Shown here piece after piece: positions 1 to 8,067 of a DNA stretch of 64,000 nt. The position numbers and the translations under genes were made by a program. Source of the stretch: an uncultured delta proteobacterium (GTDB lineage Bacteria > Desulfobacterota > Binatia > HRBIN30 > BPIQ01). Location of the stretch: contig CAVXGR010000018.1 of NCBI GenBank assembly GCA_963761335.1, forward strand, positions 832,001-896,000, in the 5' to 3' direction. The stretch's first letter is position 1; each line of letters opens with the position of its first letter. Below the pieces are notes generated by a model that worked only from the letters and a program-made list of their open reading frames with translations, had not been told where the DNA came from and searched no databases.

Positions 1-1
1 T

Positions 2-178
2 GGGCGGCGGAGCCTGGTGCGGTTGGGGGAGGCGGTGGGGTTGCAGCGGATGGCGCCGCCATATCAGCCGGAATTCACCGACCTGACCCGCTTTCTCCGC
101 TCGCATCTGGAGCTCGTCTACGACAGCCTGCTGGGGACGCGTGTCTTCTTTCGCAAGCCGCCCGGCCCTTCCGGCTGA
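2..178 (+). CDS. 3' end of an upstream gene (partial, product unknown)
   Basis: Frame 2 is open from the window edge (GRRSLVRLGEAVGLQRMAPPYQPEFTDLTRFLRSHLELVYDSLLGTRVFFRKPPGPSG*) with GC3-rich codons. TGA at 176-178 lies 8 bp before the next ATG. Confidence 0.55.
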   Translation, partial: GRRSLVRLGEAVGLQRMAPPYQPEFTDLTRFLRSHLELVYDSLLGTRVFFRKPPGPSG

Positions 179-186
179 GGAACCGC

Positions 187-1377
187 ATGCGCATTCACTA
201 CCTCAGCAACTCGCTCATCCCATCGCGTGCCGCCAACGCCGTGCAGGTGATGCGCATGTGCGAGGCGCTGGCGCGTCGGGGGCATGAGGTCACGCTGTTC
301 GCGCGCTCGGGGCAGGATGCGGGCGACCCGTATGCGACGTACGGCGTGACGCCTTGCTTCGACATCGCCTACTGCCGGCGGCCGGCCGCCGGGCCCGCGG
401 GGGCGCTGGCGTATGCCGTCGAGGTTCGGCGCGCCGTCGGCCAGCGCCGCAGAGCGGACCTGTTCTACTCGCGGCATGCCTGGTCTCTTGCGGCTGCCGC
501 CGGGCCGCTGGTTCCGGTCGTCTTCGAAGCCCACCAAGCGCCGGCATTCCTGGACGGAATATTGGAAGGCCGCCTTTTCAGGCGCCGGAACTTTGCGCGC
601 CTGGTGACCATCTCAGAGGCGCTGCGCCGCGAGTACCTGCGGCGCTATCCGGCCTTGCCGCCGGTGCGCGTGCAGGTCGCTCACGATGCTGCCGAACCAT
701 TCGGCGAACGGGCCATCGACCCGGTGGAGCTGCGCCGCAGCACCCGCGAGCCGCGCCTGCGGGTCGGCTACATCGGGCAGCTGTATGCCGGAAAGGGCAT
801 GGAGGTCGTCTCCGCGCTTGCACGCCGCCGCGCCGACGTGGACTTTCACGTCGTCGGCGGCGACGAAGCGGAGCTGCGTCATTGGCGGCAAGCGACCTCC
901 GGGTCGGAGAATCTCTTCTTCTATGGACATGTAGCCGCTGCCCACACCGCCGCGTATGTCCAGTCCATGGACGTGCTGCTCGCCCCCTACCAGACCCGGG
1001 TGGCACAGGCGGGAGGCGACCGGGACATCGGGCGATGGATGTCGCCACTCAAGATCTTCGAGTACATGGCCGGCGGCAAGGCGATTGTCGCCTCCGACCT
1101 TCCGGTCATCAGGGAGATTCTGCAGAACGGCGTTACCGCTTTGCTGGTGGCGCCGGCGGATCTGGACGCCTGGGGGGCGGCGTTGGTGAAGCTCGAGGAG
1201 GTGGCGACCCGCCAGCGGCTCGGGGCTGCAGCGGCCGACGTCGCCCGGCGTTTGCACACCTGGTCGGCGCGCGCCGCGCGAGTGTTGGAGGGCATCGAGC
1301 ACCGCGGCGGGCCCGTCACCCCGCCACGGCCAAAGGTTCCCTCTCCCGCATCTTTTCGCGGGAGAGGGTCAGGGTGA
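187..1377 (+). CDS. Glycosyltransferase family 4 (GT-B fold)
   Basis: N-terminal 'QVMRMCEALARRGHEVTLF', 'GYIGQLYAGKG', and C-terminal 'SPLKIFEYMAGGKAIVASD' GT4 motif. Confidence 0.93.
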   Translation: MRIHYLSNSLIPSRAANAVQVMRMCEALARRGHEVTLFARSGQDAGDPYATYGVTPCFDIAYCRRPAAGPAGALAYAVEVRRAVGQRRRADLFYSRHAWSLAAAAGPLVPVVFEAHQAPAFLDGILEGRLFRRRNFARLVTISEALRREYLRRYPALPPVRVQVAHDAAEPFGERAIDPVELRRSTREPRLRVGYIGQLYAGKGMEVVSALARRRADVDFHVVGGDEAELRHWRQATSGSENLFFYGHVAAAHTAAYVQSMDVLLAPYQTRVAQAGGDRDIGRWMSPLKIFEYMAGGKAIVASDLPVIREILQNGVTALLVAPADLDAWGAALVKLEEVATRQRLGAAAADVARRLHTWSARAARVLEGIEHRGGPVTPPRPKVPSPASFRGRGSG

Positions 1378-1380
1378 GGG
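1339..1380. repeat. REP-like palindromic element (CCCTCTCCC...GGGAGAGGG..AGGGTGAGGG type)
   Basis: CCCTCTCCCGC (1339-1349) pairs with GCGGGAGAGGG (1358-1368), followed by TCAGGGTGAGGG. Confidence 0.7.
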
Positions 1381-1459
1381 CATCGCCCTTGGGACAGCGG
1401 GGTTGAACGCTGGTCGTCCGGCTGTTACGTGCAGGCGGTTCATGATCGAGCGGCTGTAG

Positions 1460-2257
1460 ATGAGCGCGAGACCGAGCCTTCTCGATCTCGTTCGCATCAC
1501 GTGGGGAGCCTTCTTTGCCCGTGAGGAGCGGCACCGCTACGAGTGCCGGCATACGCTGCTCTCGGGCATCGCCCGCCTGTGGCAGCTGCGGGTGTACAAC
1601 AAGAACCTGTACTGGTTCACGGACCAGGAGTACCTGGAGGCCTGGCGGGCATTCCCGGAAGGCGACGGGAAGGTGCACGATCGCAAGTTCGTGCTGCTGC
1701 AGCTGGCGAAGTGGGCGGCGCGGTTGCCGGGCGACACCGCCGAATGCGGGGTGTTCAACGGCGGGAGCAGTTATCTGATCTGCTACGCGAGAGCTCGATA
1801 CGCTCCCGATCGGGTTTTCAAACACTATGCCTTCGACTCCTTCGAAGGTCTGTCGGCGCCGGCGCGCCAGGACGCACCGGAGCAGGCGCGGACCTTCCGC
1901 TGGCGGCCGCACGATCTGCGTGTGCCGGAAGAGCGCGCCCGCCGCAACCTGAGCCAGTTCCCGTTCGTCGAGATCTACAAGGGATGGATCCCGGAGACCT
2001 TCCATCACGTCAGCGACCGGCACTTTTCGCTGGTCCATCTCGACGTCGACCTCTATCAGCCGACCCGCGACTCACTCGAGTTCTTCTATCCGCGTCTGGT
2101 CGAGGGGGGCATGCTGATCTGTGACGATTACGGATCCGAAGCCTGTCCCGGGGCGCGGCAGGCGTGCGACGAGTTCGCGAAAGGCACGCCACATCCCGTG
2201 ATTCACCTGCCGACGGGGCAGGGCGTGCTCATCAAGCTCCCGTCCACAACGGGGTAG
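1460..2257 (+). CDS. TylF/MycF/NovP-family sugar O-methyltransferase
   Basis: Motifs 'ECGVFNGGS', 'FDSFEGL', 'KGWIPET', 'VHLDVDLYQPT', 'ICDDY'. Confidence 0.9.
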   Translation: MSARPSLLDLVRITWGAFFAREERHRYECRHTLLSGIARLWQLRVYNKNLYWFTDQEYLEAWRAFPEGDGKVHDRKFVLLQLAKWAARLPGDTAECGVFNGGSSYLICYARARYAPDRVFKHYAFDSFEGLSAPARQDAPEQARTFRWRPHDLRVPEERARRNLSQFPFVEIYKGWIPETFHHVSDRHFSLVHLDVDLYQPTRDSLEFFYPRLVEGGMLICDDYGSEACPGARQACDEFAKGTPHPVIHLPTGQGVLIKLPSTTG

Positions 2258-2267
2258 GAGTCGGGAG

Positions 2268-3224
2268 ATGGCGATCCCACTCGTGAACCCTTCGACGCAC
2301 AATGCGCTGGTCGCCCGTGGAGACGCTCTCTATGACTCGGTCACCGACGTGCGAGTGGCGCCGGTGGTGGATTCCCTGCCGCGCTTCTGCGACATGGGGG
2401 CGCCCGAGGCGGAGAGCTGGGCCTTCGAGTGGAACACGTGGGAGCATACGCTCAGCGACGCGCGAAGCACCGGAGACGCGAAGTACCGGGAGATTCTCAG
2501 CCGAACGCATTTCGGCGAGCTCGCACTGGAGGGCCGGACGATTCTCGAGTGCGGCTGCGGGGGAGGCGACGACACCGAGGTGCTTCTGCGGCTTCCTTTT
2601 TCCGAGGTGCATGCCATCGACCTCAGCAGGGCGATCGATCGGGCGCACAGGTACCTGAAGGACGAGCGGCTGGTTCTCTCCCAGGCCTCGATCTATGCGA
2701 TCCCGTACCGCGACCGGGCCTTCGACGTCGTCTTCTGCCACCGGGTCCTGCAGCACACTCCCGACCCACCCCGTGCCCTCCGGGCGCTGTGCAAGAAGGT
2801 GAAACCCGGTGGGGTGCTGTTCGTGCACAGCTACAACAAGAGCTGGTTCTACCTGATGAACTACAAGTACAAGTATCGCTTTCTCAGCAAGCGGCTGCCG
2901 CCGGGGTGGATCTATGCGCTGCTTCAGCGATACGGGCGAACCCTCTATAGGCTCACCGAGCGCATGCGCACCGGTAACGTCGTTCTGCAGGGGCTTTCCT
3001 GGAGCTTCGTGCCCTTCGATTGGGTGAAGTCGTACGGGAACATGAACGCCGAGCAGCGGCTCGACCTGCTCAAGCTCGTCACCTTCGATGCGCTCACGCC
3101 GCGGTACGACAGGCCGATGCGCTGGCAAACCATGCGCCGCATCCTCGAGGACGAAGGCTTCATCATCCGCTTTGCCCAGCATCGGTACGATTCCCCGCTG
3201 CTCTGCACGGCGGTGCGGCGGTAG
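2268..3224 (+). CDS. Class I SAM-dependent methyltransferase
   Basis: 'ILECGCGGG' motif I, 'AIDLS', 'FDVVFCHRVLQHTPDP', 'KPGG'. Confidence 0.88.
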   Translation: MAIPLVNPSTHNALVARGDALYDSVTDVRVAPVVDSLPRFCDMGAPEAESWAFEWNTWEHTLSDARSTGDAKYREILSRTHFGELALEGRTILECGCGGGDDTEVLLRLPFSEVHAIDLSRAIDRAHRYLKDERLVLSQASIYAIPYRDRAFDVVFCHRVLQHTPDPPRALRALCKKVKPGGVLFVHSYNKSWFYLMNYKYKYRFLSKRLPPGWIYALLQRYGRTLYRLTERMRTGNVVLQGLSWSFVPFDWVKSYGNMNAEQRLDLLKLVTFDALTPRYDRPMRWQTMRRILEDEGFIIRFAQHRYDSPLLCTAVRR

Positions 3225-3240
3225 CCTGGAGGCGCCGGCC

Positions 3241-5001
3241 ATGTGCGGCATCCTCGGGGGAACCGATCCGGCATGGGACTACGATGGTGCTGTGCAAGCG
3301 CTGCGCCATCGCGGTCCCGATCGGCAGCGAGTCAGCCGCTGCGGCGAGGTCACGCTGGGATTCGCCCGTCTGGCGATCATCGACCTGAGCGAAGCGGCGG
3401 ATCAGCCGATGTCGGCGCTCGACGGGCAGGTGTGGCTGGTCTTCAACGGAGAGATCTATGGCTACGCCGCTCTGCGCCAGCGGCTCCTGGGGCTCGGCTA
3501 TCGATTTCGGTCGCAGTCCGACACCGAGGTGCTGCTCAACGCCTACCTCCACTGGGGGGACGGCTTCGTCGAGCACGTGGACGGGATGTTTGCGGCGGTG
3601 CTCTACGATGCGCGCCGGCGTCAGCTCAAGCTGTTTCGCGACCGGCCGGGCATCAAGCCGCTGTACTACTATGCCGATGGCCGGCGCTTCGCCTTCGCTT
3701 CGGAGCTCAAGGGCATCACGGCGCTGCTCGGCGGCGCCGGGCTCGATGAGGACCCGACCGCCATCTACGATTTCCTCACCTATCGGTACATCCCCGCTCC
3801 CAAGACCCTCTATCGCAACGTGTTCAAGCTGGAGCCGGCGAGCTGGCTGACCTTCGATCTGGAACGGCGTGCCATTACCGAGCCTCGCCGTTACTGGCGG
3901 CTCGAGGTTCCCTCGGACCCGCCGCCGGTCGGCAGCCAAGAGGCCGCAGGGCAGCTGACGCGGTTGCTCGAGGAATCGGTGGACGAGCAGCTGGTGGCCG
4001 ACGTTCCGGTGGGATTCTTTCTGAGCGGCGGAGTGGACTCGAGCACGGTGGTCGCCGCCGCGGCTCGATCGCATGACCGTCTCGAGACGTTCTGCATCGG
4101 CTTCGACAGGGCCGAGAATACGGAAACGCCGTTCGCTCGCGAGGTGGCCCGCGCCTACCACACCGACCATCACGAGCGGACCCTTTCGTTCGCCGAGGCG
4201 GAGCAGCTCTTCTCGCGGCTGAAGGATTGGTACGACGAGCCCTTCTATGACAGCTCGGCGTTCCCGACGTACCTGGTGTCGAAATTCGCTCGCGAATCGG
4301 TGACCGTGGCGTTGACGGGCGACGGCGGCGATGAGGTGTTCGGCGGCTACTTGTGGCACGACCTGTTTCGCCGTTGGTCCGCCCTGTCGATCCCCGGTGG
4401 CCGCCGTCTGGCCGAGGTGCTGGCCCGCTTGAAGCGGGCGGTGCCGGTGAACTCGCTCCCCTATCGCCTCTGCGACCGGGTCGAGCTGATGGCTTCGGAC
4501 GACCTGGCGCTCTATGCCAAGCTGCTGGCCGGGATGAGCCATCACGAGAAGCGCCCGTACGCGGAGCGCTGTGGGATCGAATCCGGTTACGACGATTACT
4601 GGCACTTTCGGCGGTACTGGCGGCCCGAGCTGCCGCTGCGCACGCGGCTCCAGTACCTCGAGTTTCACACCTACCTGCCCGACGACATCCTGACGAAAGT
4701 CGATCGGGTCAGCATGGCGGTGTCGCTCGAGGCCCGTGTGCCGCTACTCAGCCGCAAGCTGGTCGAGTTCAGCTTTGCTCTCCCGGAAGAGGTGCGCTAC
4801 TGCGGCGGTCAGCCGAAGGGGCTCCTCAAGCGCGCCTGCGTGGATCGCTTACCGCCGGCCATCCTGCAGCGCCGGAAGCAGGGCTTCAGCATGCCTCGTC
4901 ACTATCGGCGCCGCGACAGGCTCTCTCGGCAAGAGCGGGTTCTCGGAGAGCTCTTCGGCTTTCCGTCCTCGGCGGCCGTCGCGGAATCGACGCGGCGATG
5001 A
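3241..5001 (+). CDS. asnB: Asparagine synthase (glutamine-hydrolysing) family amidotransferase
   Basis: Starts MCGI (Ntn Cys). Motifs 'HRGPD', 'FNGEIY', 'FLSGGVDSS', 'LTGDGGDEVFGGY', 'KVDRVSMAVSLEARVP'. Start placed at ATG 3241, not the ORF-track start. Confidence 0.93.
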   Translation: MCGILGGTDPAWDYDGAVQALRHRGPDRQRVSRCGEVTLGFARLAIIDLSEAADQPMSALDGQVWLVFNGEIYGYAALRQRLLGLGYRFRSQSDTEVLLNAYLHWGDGFVEHVDGMFAAVLYDARRRQLKLFRDRPGIKPLYYYADGRRFAFASELKGITALLGGAGLDEDPTAIYDFLTYRYIPAPKTLYRNVFKLEPASWLTFDLERRAITEPRRYWRLEVPSDPPPVGSQEAAGQLTRLLEESVDEQLVADVPVGFFLSGGVDSSTVVAAAARSHDRLETFCIGFDRAENTETPFAREVARAYHTDHHERTLSFAEAEQLFSRLKDWYDEPFYDSSAFPTYLVSKFARESVTVALTGDGGDEVFGGYLWHDLFRRWSALSIPGGRRLAEVLARLKRAVPVNSLPYRLCDRVELMASDDLALYAKLLAGMSHHEKRPYAERCGIESGYDDYWHFRRYWRPELPLRTRLQYLEFHTYLPDDILTKVDRVSMAVSLEARVPLLSRKLVEFSFALPEEVRYCGGQPKGLLKRACVDRLPPAILQRRKQGFSMPRHYRRRDRLSRQERVLGELFGFPSSAAVAESTRR

Positions 5002-5017
5002 GGCCGATAACCTCGAT

Positions 5018-5848
5018 ATGAGCGCCACACCGCCGAAGCGATTCACATCCGCTCAGCCACGGTCGGCAGGCGGCTCGATTTCCGTCCTGGCAGGAAGGCT
5101 GCTCTCGGGCGGCTTTCGCTGGACGTGGAGACTTTGCAATCTCATGTCGCGGCGCGGGATCAACCGCTTCATCGACCAGAATCTGTCCCGCGTATCGCCG
5201 CGGCACGTGGTTCTCAACATCGGCTCGGGCGGCCTGATCGCCGAGCGCATCCGCGGGTGGCGCGAGCGGACCGGCTTTCGACTGTGGTCGCTCGACATCG
5301 ATCCGACATACGGGCCCGACGTCGTCGGCGACATCACCGCCGACCCGCTCGCGGGCGACGCCTTCGATTGGATCTTCATGCTGGAAGTCCTGGAGCACGT
5401 GAAGGAGCCGCAGCGCGCCATCGAAAACATCTGCCGGGCGCTCAAGCCCGGGGGGCGGCTGGTGCTCTCCACTCCCTTTTTGTTCCCGCTGCACGATCGC
5501 CCCAACGACTACTTTCGATACACCGAGTACGGTCTGCGCCATCTCTGCCGGGACCTGCGGGCGGTCGAGGTAACGCCGAGGGATGACTGGGTGAACACGA
5601 TCTCCGTGCTCGCCGGGCGACTCTTCATGGAGCCCGGGATTCGTTACCGGATTGCGGGGCCGCCGTTGGTTCTGCTCTTGCTCGCCGTGCAGCCGGCGCT
5701 GTGGATCATCGGTCGACTGTTCCCGACGGACTACTGCGCGACGGGATATGTGCTCACCGGCCTGAAGCCCGGTGGAGATGAGGCGGGGGCGTCCGCGAAA
5801 GGGGACGGAGCCGAAGCGCGCCATGCGTCGGCTCGCGAGAGGTCCTGA
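5018..5848 (+). CDS. Class I SAM-dependent methyltransferase (Methyltransf_11-like)
   Basis: 'VLNIGSG', 'EVLEHV', 'LKPGGRLVLSTPFLFPLHDRPNDYFRYT', typical of polysaccharide-cluster methyltransferases. Confidence 0.85.
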   Translation: MSATPPKRFTSAQPRSAGGSISVLAGRLLSGGFRWTWRLCNLMSRRGINRFIDQNLSRVSPRHVVLNIGSGGLIAERIRGWRERTGFRLWSLDIDPTYGPDVVGDITADPLAGDAFDWIFMLEVLEHVKEPQRAIENICRALKPGGRLVLSTPFLFPLHDRPNDYFRYTEYGLRHLCRDLRAVEVTPRDDWVNTISVLAGRLFMEPGIRYRIAGPPLVLLLLAVQPALWIIGRLFPTDYCATGYVLTGLKPGGDEAGASAKGDGAEARHASARERS

Positions 5849-6465
5849 TGTCGTCCCCGGAAGTCGGCGCGAGCTTCTGGGTGAGTGCCACTGTGCTCGC
5901 CGTCTTTCTCGGCTACTTCGCCGTGGCGCTGGCGGCGACAATTCTGCACCGGTACCGCCGTGCACGCGAGGCCTATCTGGCGATCTTCTTTGCGCTGGTG
6001 ATCGTCCCGGGACTGACTGGAGTATGGGCGTGGCCGTTCTTCACGTGGCATCTGTACCGCTATCGGGCTCCGACGGATGTGACCTTCTACGAGATCCGGG
6101 TCGCCGACGGCGCCGGGCACGAGCTCAAGTACGATGCCCGCGCCGTGCCACCATCTCTGGCGACCCCGCTGACGCGCTTCGCGGCGCGCTTTCCCACCTA
6201 CTCGCCGAAGCATTCCCGCGCCTTCGCGAATTACCTCCTGGAGCGGGCGCGCACCTATCGTGCCCGCATTGAGACTGGAAGGCGCGGCTACTTGCGATAC
6301 CTGAGGTTTCCACGACACCAGCTGGGCTTCTATTGGACCAAGGACCTGCTTGCCGGCCTGGGACCATTCGAGAAGGTGCGCATCTATCGGGTTCACCTCA
6401 GGCTGTCGGGTGACGGAGAGGAGCTGTTGGCCAGGGAGGAGCAGCCGGTGGCCGATTATCCGTGA
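5848..6465 (+). CDS. Hypothetical membrane protein (two N-terminal TM helices, 'WPFFTWHLY' motif); probable partner of the HTTM protein
   Basis: Overlaps both neighbours (TGATG and GTGATG junctions). Hydrophobic N-terminus followed by a soluble domain. Confidence 0.7.
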   Translation: MSSPEVGASFWVSATVLAVFLGYFAVALAATILHRYRRAREAYLAIFFALVIVPGLTGVWAWPFFTWHLYRYRAPTDVTFYEIRVADGAGHELKYDARAVPPSLATPLTRFAARFPTYSPKHSRAFANYLLERARTYRARIETGRRGYLRYLRFPRHQLGFYWTKDLLAGLGPFEKVRIYRVHLRLSGDGEELLAREEQPVADYP

Positions 6466-7691
6466 TGTTCATCAACTATTTCGCACACGATACGCGGCCC
6501 TCCGGCTTCAACACGGCGGTGGCGCGGGTGCTGCTCGGCGCCTATGCGGTCTGGAAGCTGCTGAGCTACCGCTTGGACAGGTTGCAGGACTGGCCTGAAT
6601 TCCTCTTCCTCGTGCACCGGCACCGCTTCTTCCTGCCCTTTCCCGGCTATCTCGCCTATCTTCCGATCGAGCAGTGGATAGCGGTTTTTCTCCTGATTCT
6701 GTTCGCCATTGGCTGGCGCATCGGCTTCACGGCGTTCACCAGCGCCCTTCTGATCGGCCACATGATCGCGCTGCACTACGCCGTGACCAACTCGGGGGCG
6801 ACGTTTCTGCCGGCGATCTACATGTTGATCTTTTTCGCCGTCTTCCGGGAAACGGATGACCTCTCCATCGACACCGTCCGCGGCGCGAAGCACGAGCCGC
6901 TGGCCGCCTTGGTCGCAGATCTCGCGGCGAGCGCGCGCGCCCCACGCGACATGGCGATCTTGAAGTGGACGCTGGTGACCATCGCCCTGACGTATTTCTT
7001 CACCGGCTACGCCAAGCTGCTGATCGGCGGCTTGAGCTGGGCGACGGGGCAGAACCTGGCGACCTTCATCCACTCGGATTCGATCATGTATCTGAACGGT
7101 ATTCCCGTCGTCGGCCGCTTCCTCATGGACCACGCGTGGCTTGCCGACGCCTCCGCGGTAGCCACGGTGGTGCTCGAATGCGGTTTTCTGGTGGGCGTGC
7201 TGCTGGGCCTGCCCATAACGCCGTTCATTCTCGGACTGGCCGGGCTGCACGTCATGATCGCGCTCGGGATGCGCATCTTCTTCTTCGATCAGTTTCTGCT
7301 CTATTTGCTGTTCGTTCCCTGGGATCGGCTGTACGCGCGGCTGGCAGGCACCCAGCCGGTCACGGTCGTCTACGACGCCGGGTCGGAGCTCTGTGCCCGC
7401 ATCCTGCTCCTCTTCAAGCATCTGGACATCCACGACAGCATCGCCTTCCGCCCGGCGGCGGATCTCCTTGCCGGGGGCGAGCCGCCGCGCTTCGGCTCCA
7501 CCCCGAGGATACTCCTCCTGCGGGATGGAGAATCGTACGCGGGATACCACGCCTTCCGTGAGCTGCTGCGGCACTGCGGAATTTTCGCGCCGCTGGTTTG
7601 GATCATGGGTTGGCCCCCGGTCGCACGGGCCGGCGAACGCGCCTGCCGGCGGATTGCTGGCAGGGGCGTGCCTGGACATGGCGAGCGTTGA
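6462..7691 (+). CDS. HTTM-domain membrane protein fused to a degenerate DCC1/DUF393-like domain
   Basis: Multi-TM with 'YFFTGYAKL...W..G', 'TVVLECGF', 'LHVMIALGM'. C-terminal 'VVYDAGSELCAR...GYHAFRELLR' resembles DCC1. Confidence 0.72.
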   Translation: MMFINYFAHDTRPSGFNTAVARVLLGAYAVWKLLSYRLDRLQDWPEFLFLVHRHRFFLPFPGYLAYLPIEQWIAVFLLILFAIGWRIGFTAFTSALLIGHMIALHYAVTNSGATFLPAIYMLIFFAVFRETDDLSIDTVRGAKHEPLAALVADLAASARAPRDMAILKWTLVTIALTYFFTGYAKLLIGGLSWATGQNLATFIHSDSIMYLNGIPVVGRFLMDHAWLADASAVATVVLECGFLVGVLLGLPITPFILGLAGLHVMIALGMRIFFFDQFLLYLLFVPWDRLYARLAGTQPVTVVYDAGSELCARILLLFKHLDIHDSIAFRPAADLLAGGEPPRFGSTPRILLLRDGESYAGYHAFRELLRHCGIFAPLVWIMGWPPVARAGERACRRIAGRGVPGHGER

Positions 7692-7781
7692 CCGCGGTTT
7701 TCGAACCCGGATGACGCGGCAGACGATGTTGCGCACGCTGCCTCGGTCCGCTACGGTGCCTCGCGACGGTATCCGCCCCTC

Positions 7782-7797
7782 CGGCACGGTGGTTGCC
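7782..7797 (+). promoter_or_regulatory. sigma-54 (-24/-12) promoter motif
   Basis: CGGCACGGTGGTTGCC matches GGCACG-N4-TTGC, about 55 bp upstream of ATG 7852. Confidence 0.6.
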
Positions 7798-7851
7798 GGA
7801 AGGTCGGCCGGCATTCACTGTTCATCGTTCGAGTCCGAGGGAGGCTTTGAA

Positions 7852-7977
7852 ATGCGGGCGACAAGCAGATGGCTCGGTATGGCGACGGCGCTGCTGGCGG
7901 TCTCGGGTCTGATCGCCGCATGCACCGACGACTTCGACATCACCGTCTATCCGCGGGCGGGAAGAAGAAATAGCTGA
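7852..7977 (+). CDS. Small lipoprotein (41 aa)
   Basis: SD GAGGGAGG, then MRATSRWLGMATALLAVSGLIAA-CTDDFDITVYPRAGRRNS: basic n-region, hydrophobic h-region, lipobox IAAC. Confidence 0.6.
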   Translation: MRATSRWLGMATALLAVSGLIAACTDDFDITVYPRAGRRNS

Positions 7978-8067
7978 CACGGCGCAGGGCTGGCGGATGG
8001 CATGGCGATATCCCCGTTCGGCCGCTCTGCGATCAAGCGCCTGCACCTCGCATAGGATCTGCTCGCC

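Noticed and set aside
1460..7977. RiPP/lasso-peptide cluster (AsnB-like cyclase plus small peptide)
   Set aside because: AsnB has an intact Ntn glutaminase domain, no B1/B2 proteins are present, and the small ORF has a lipobox rather than a lasso leader.
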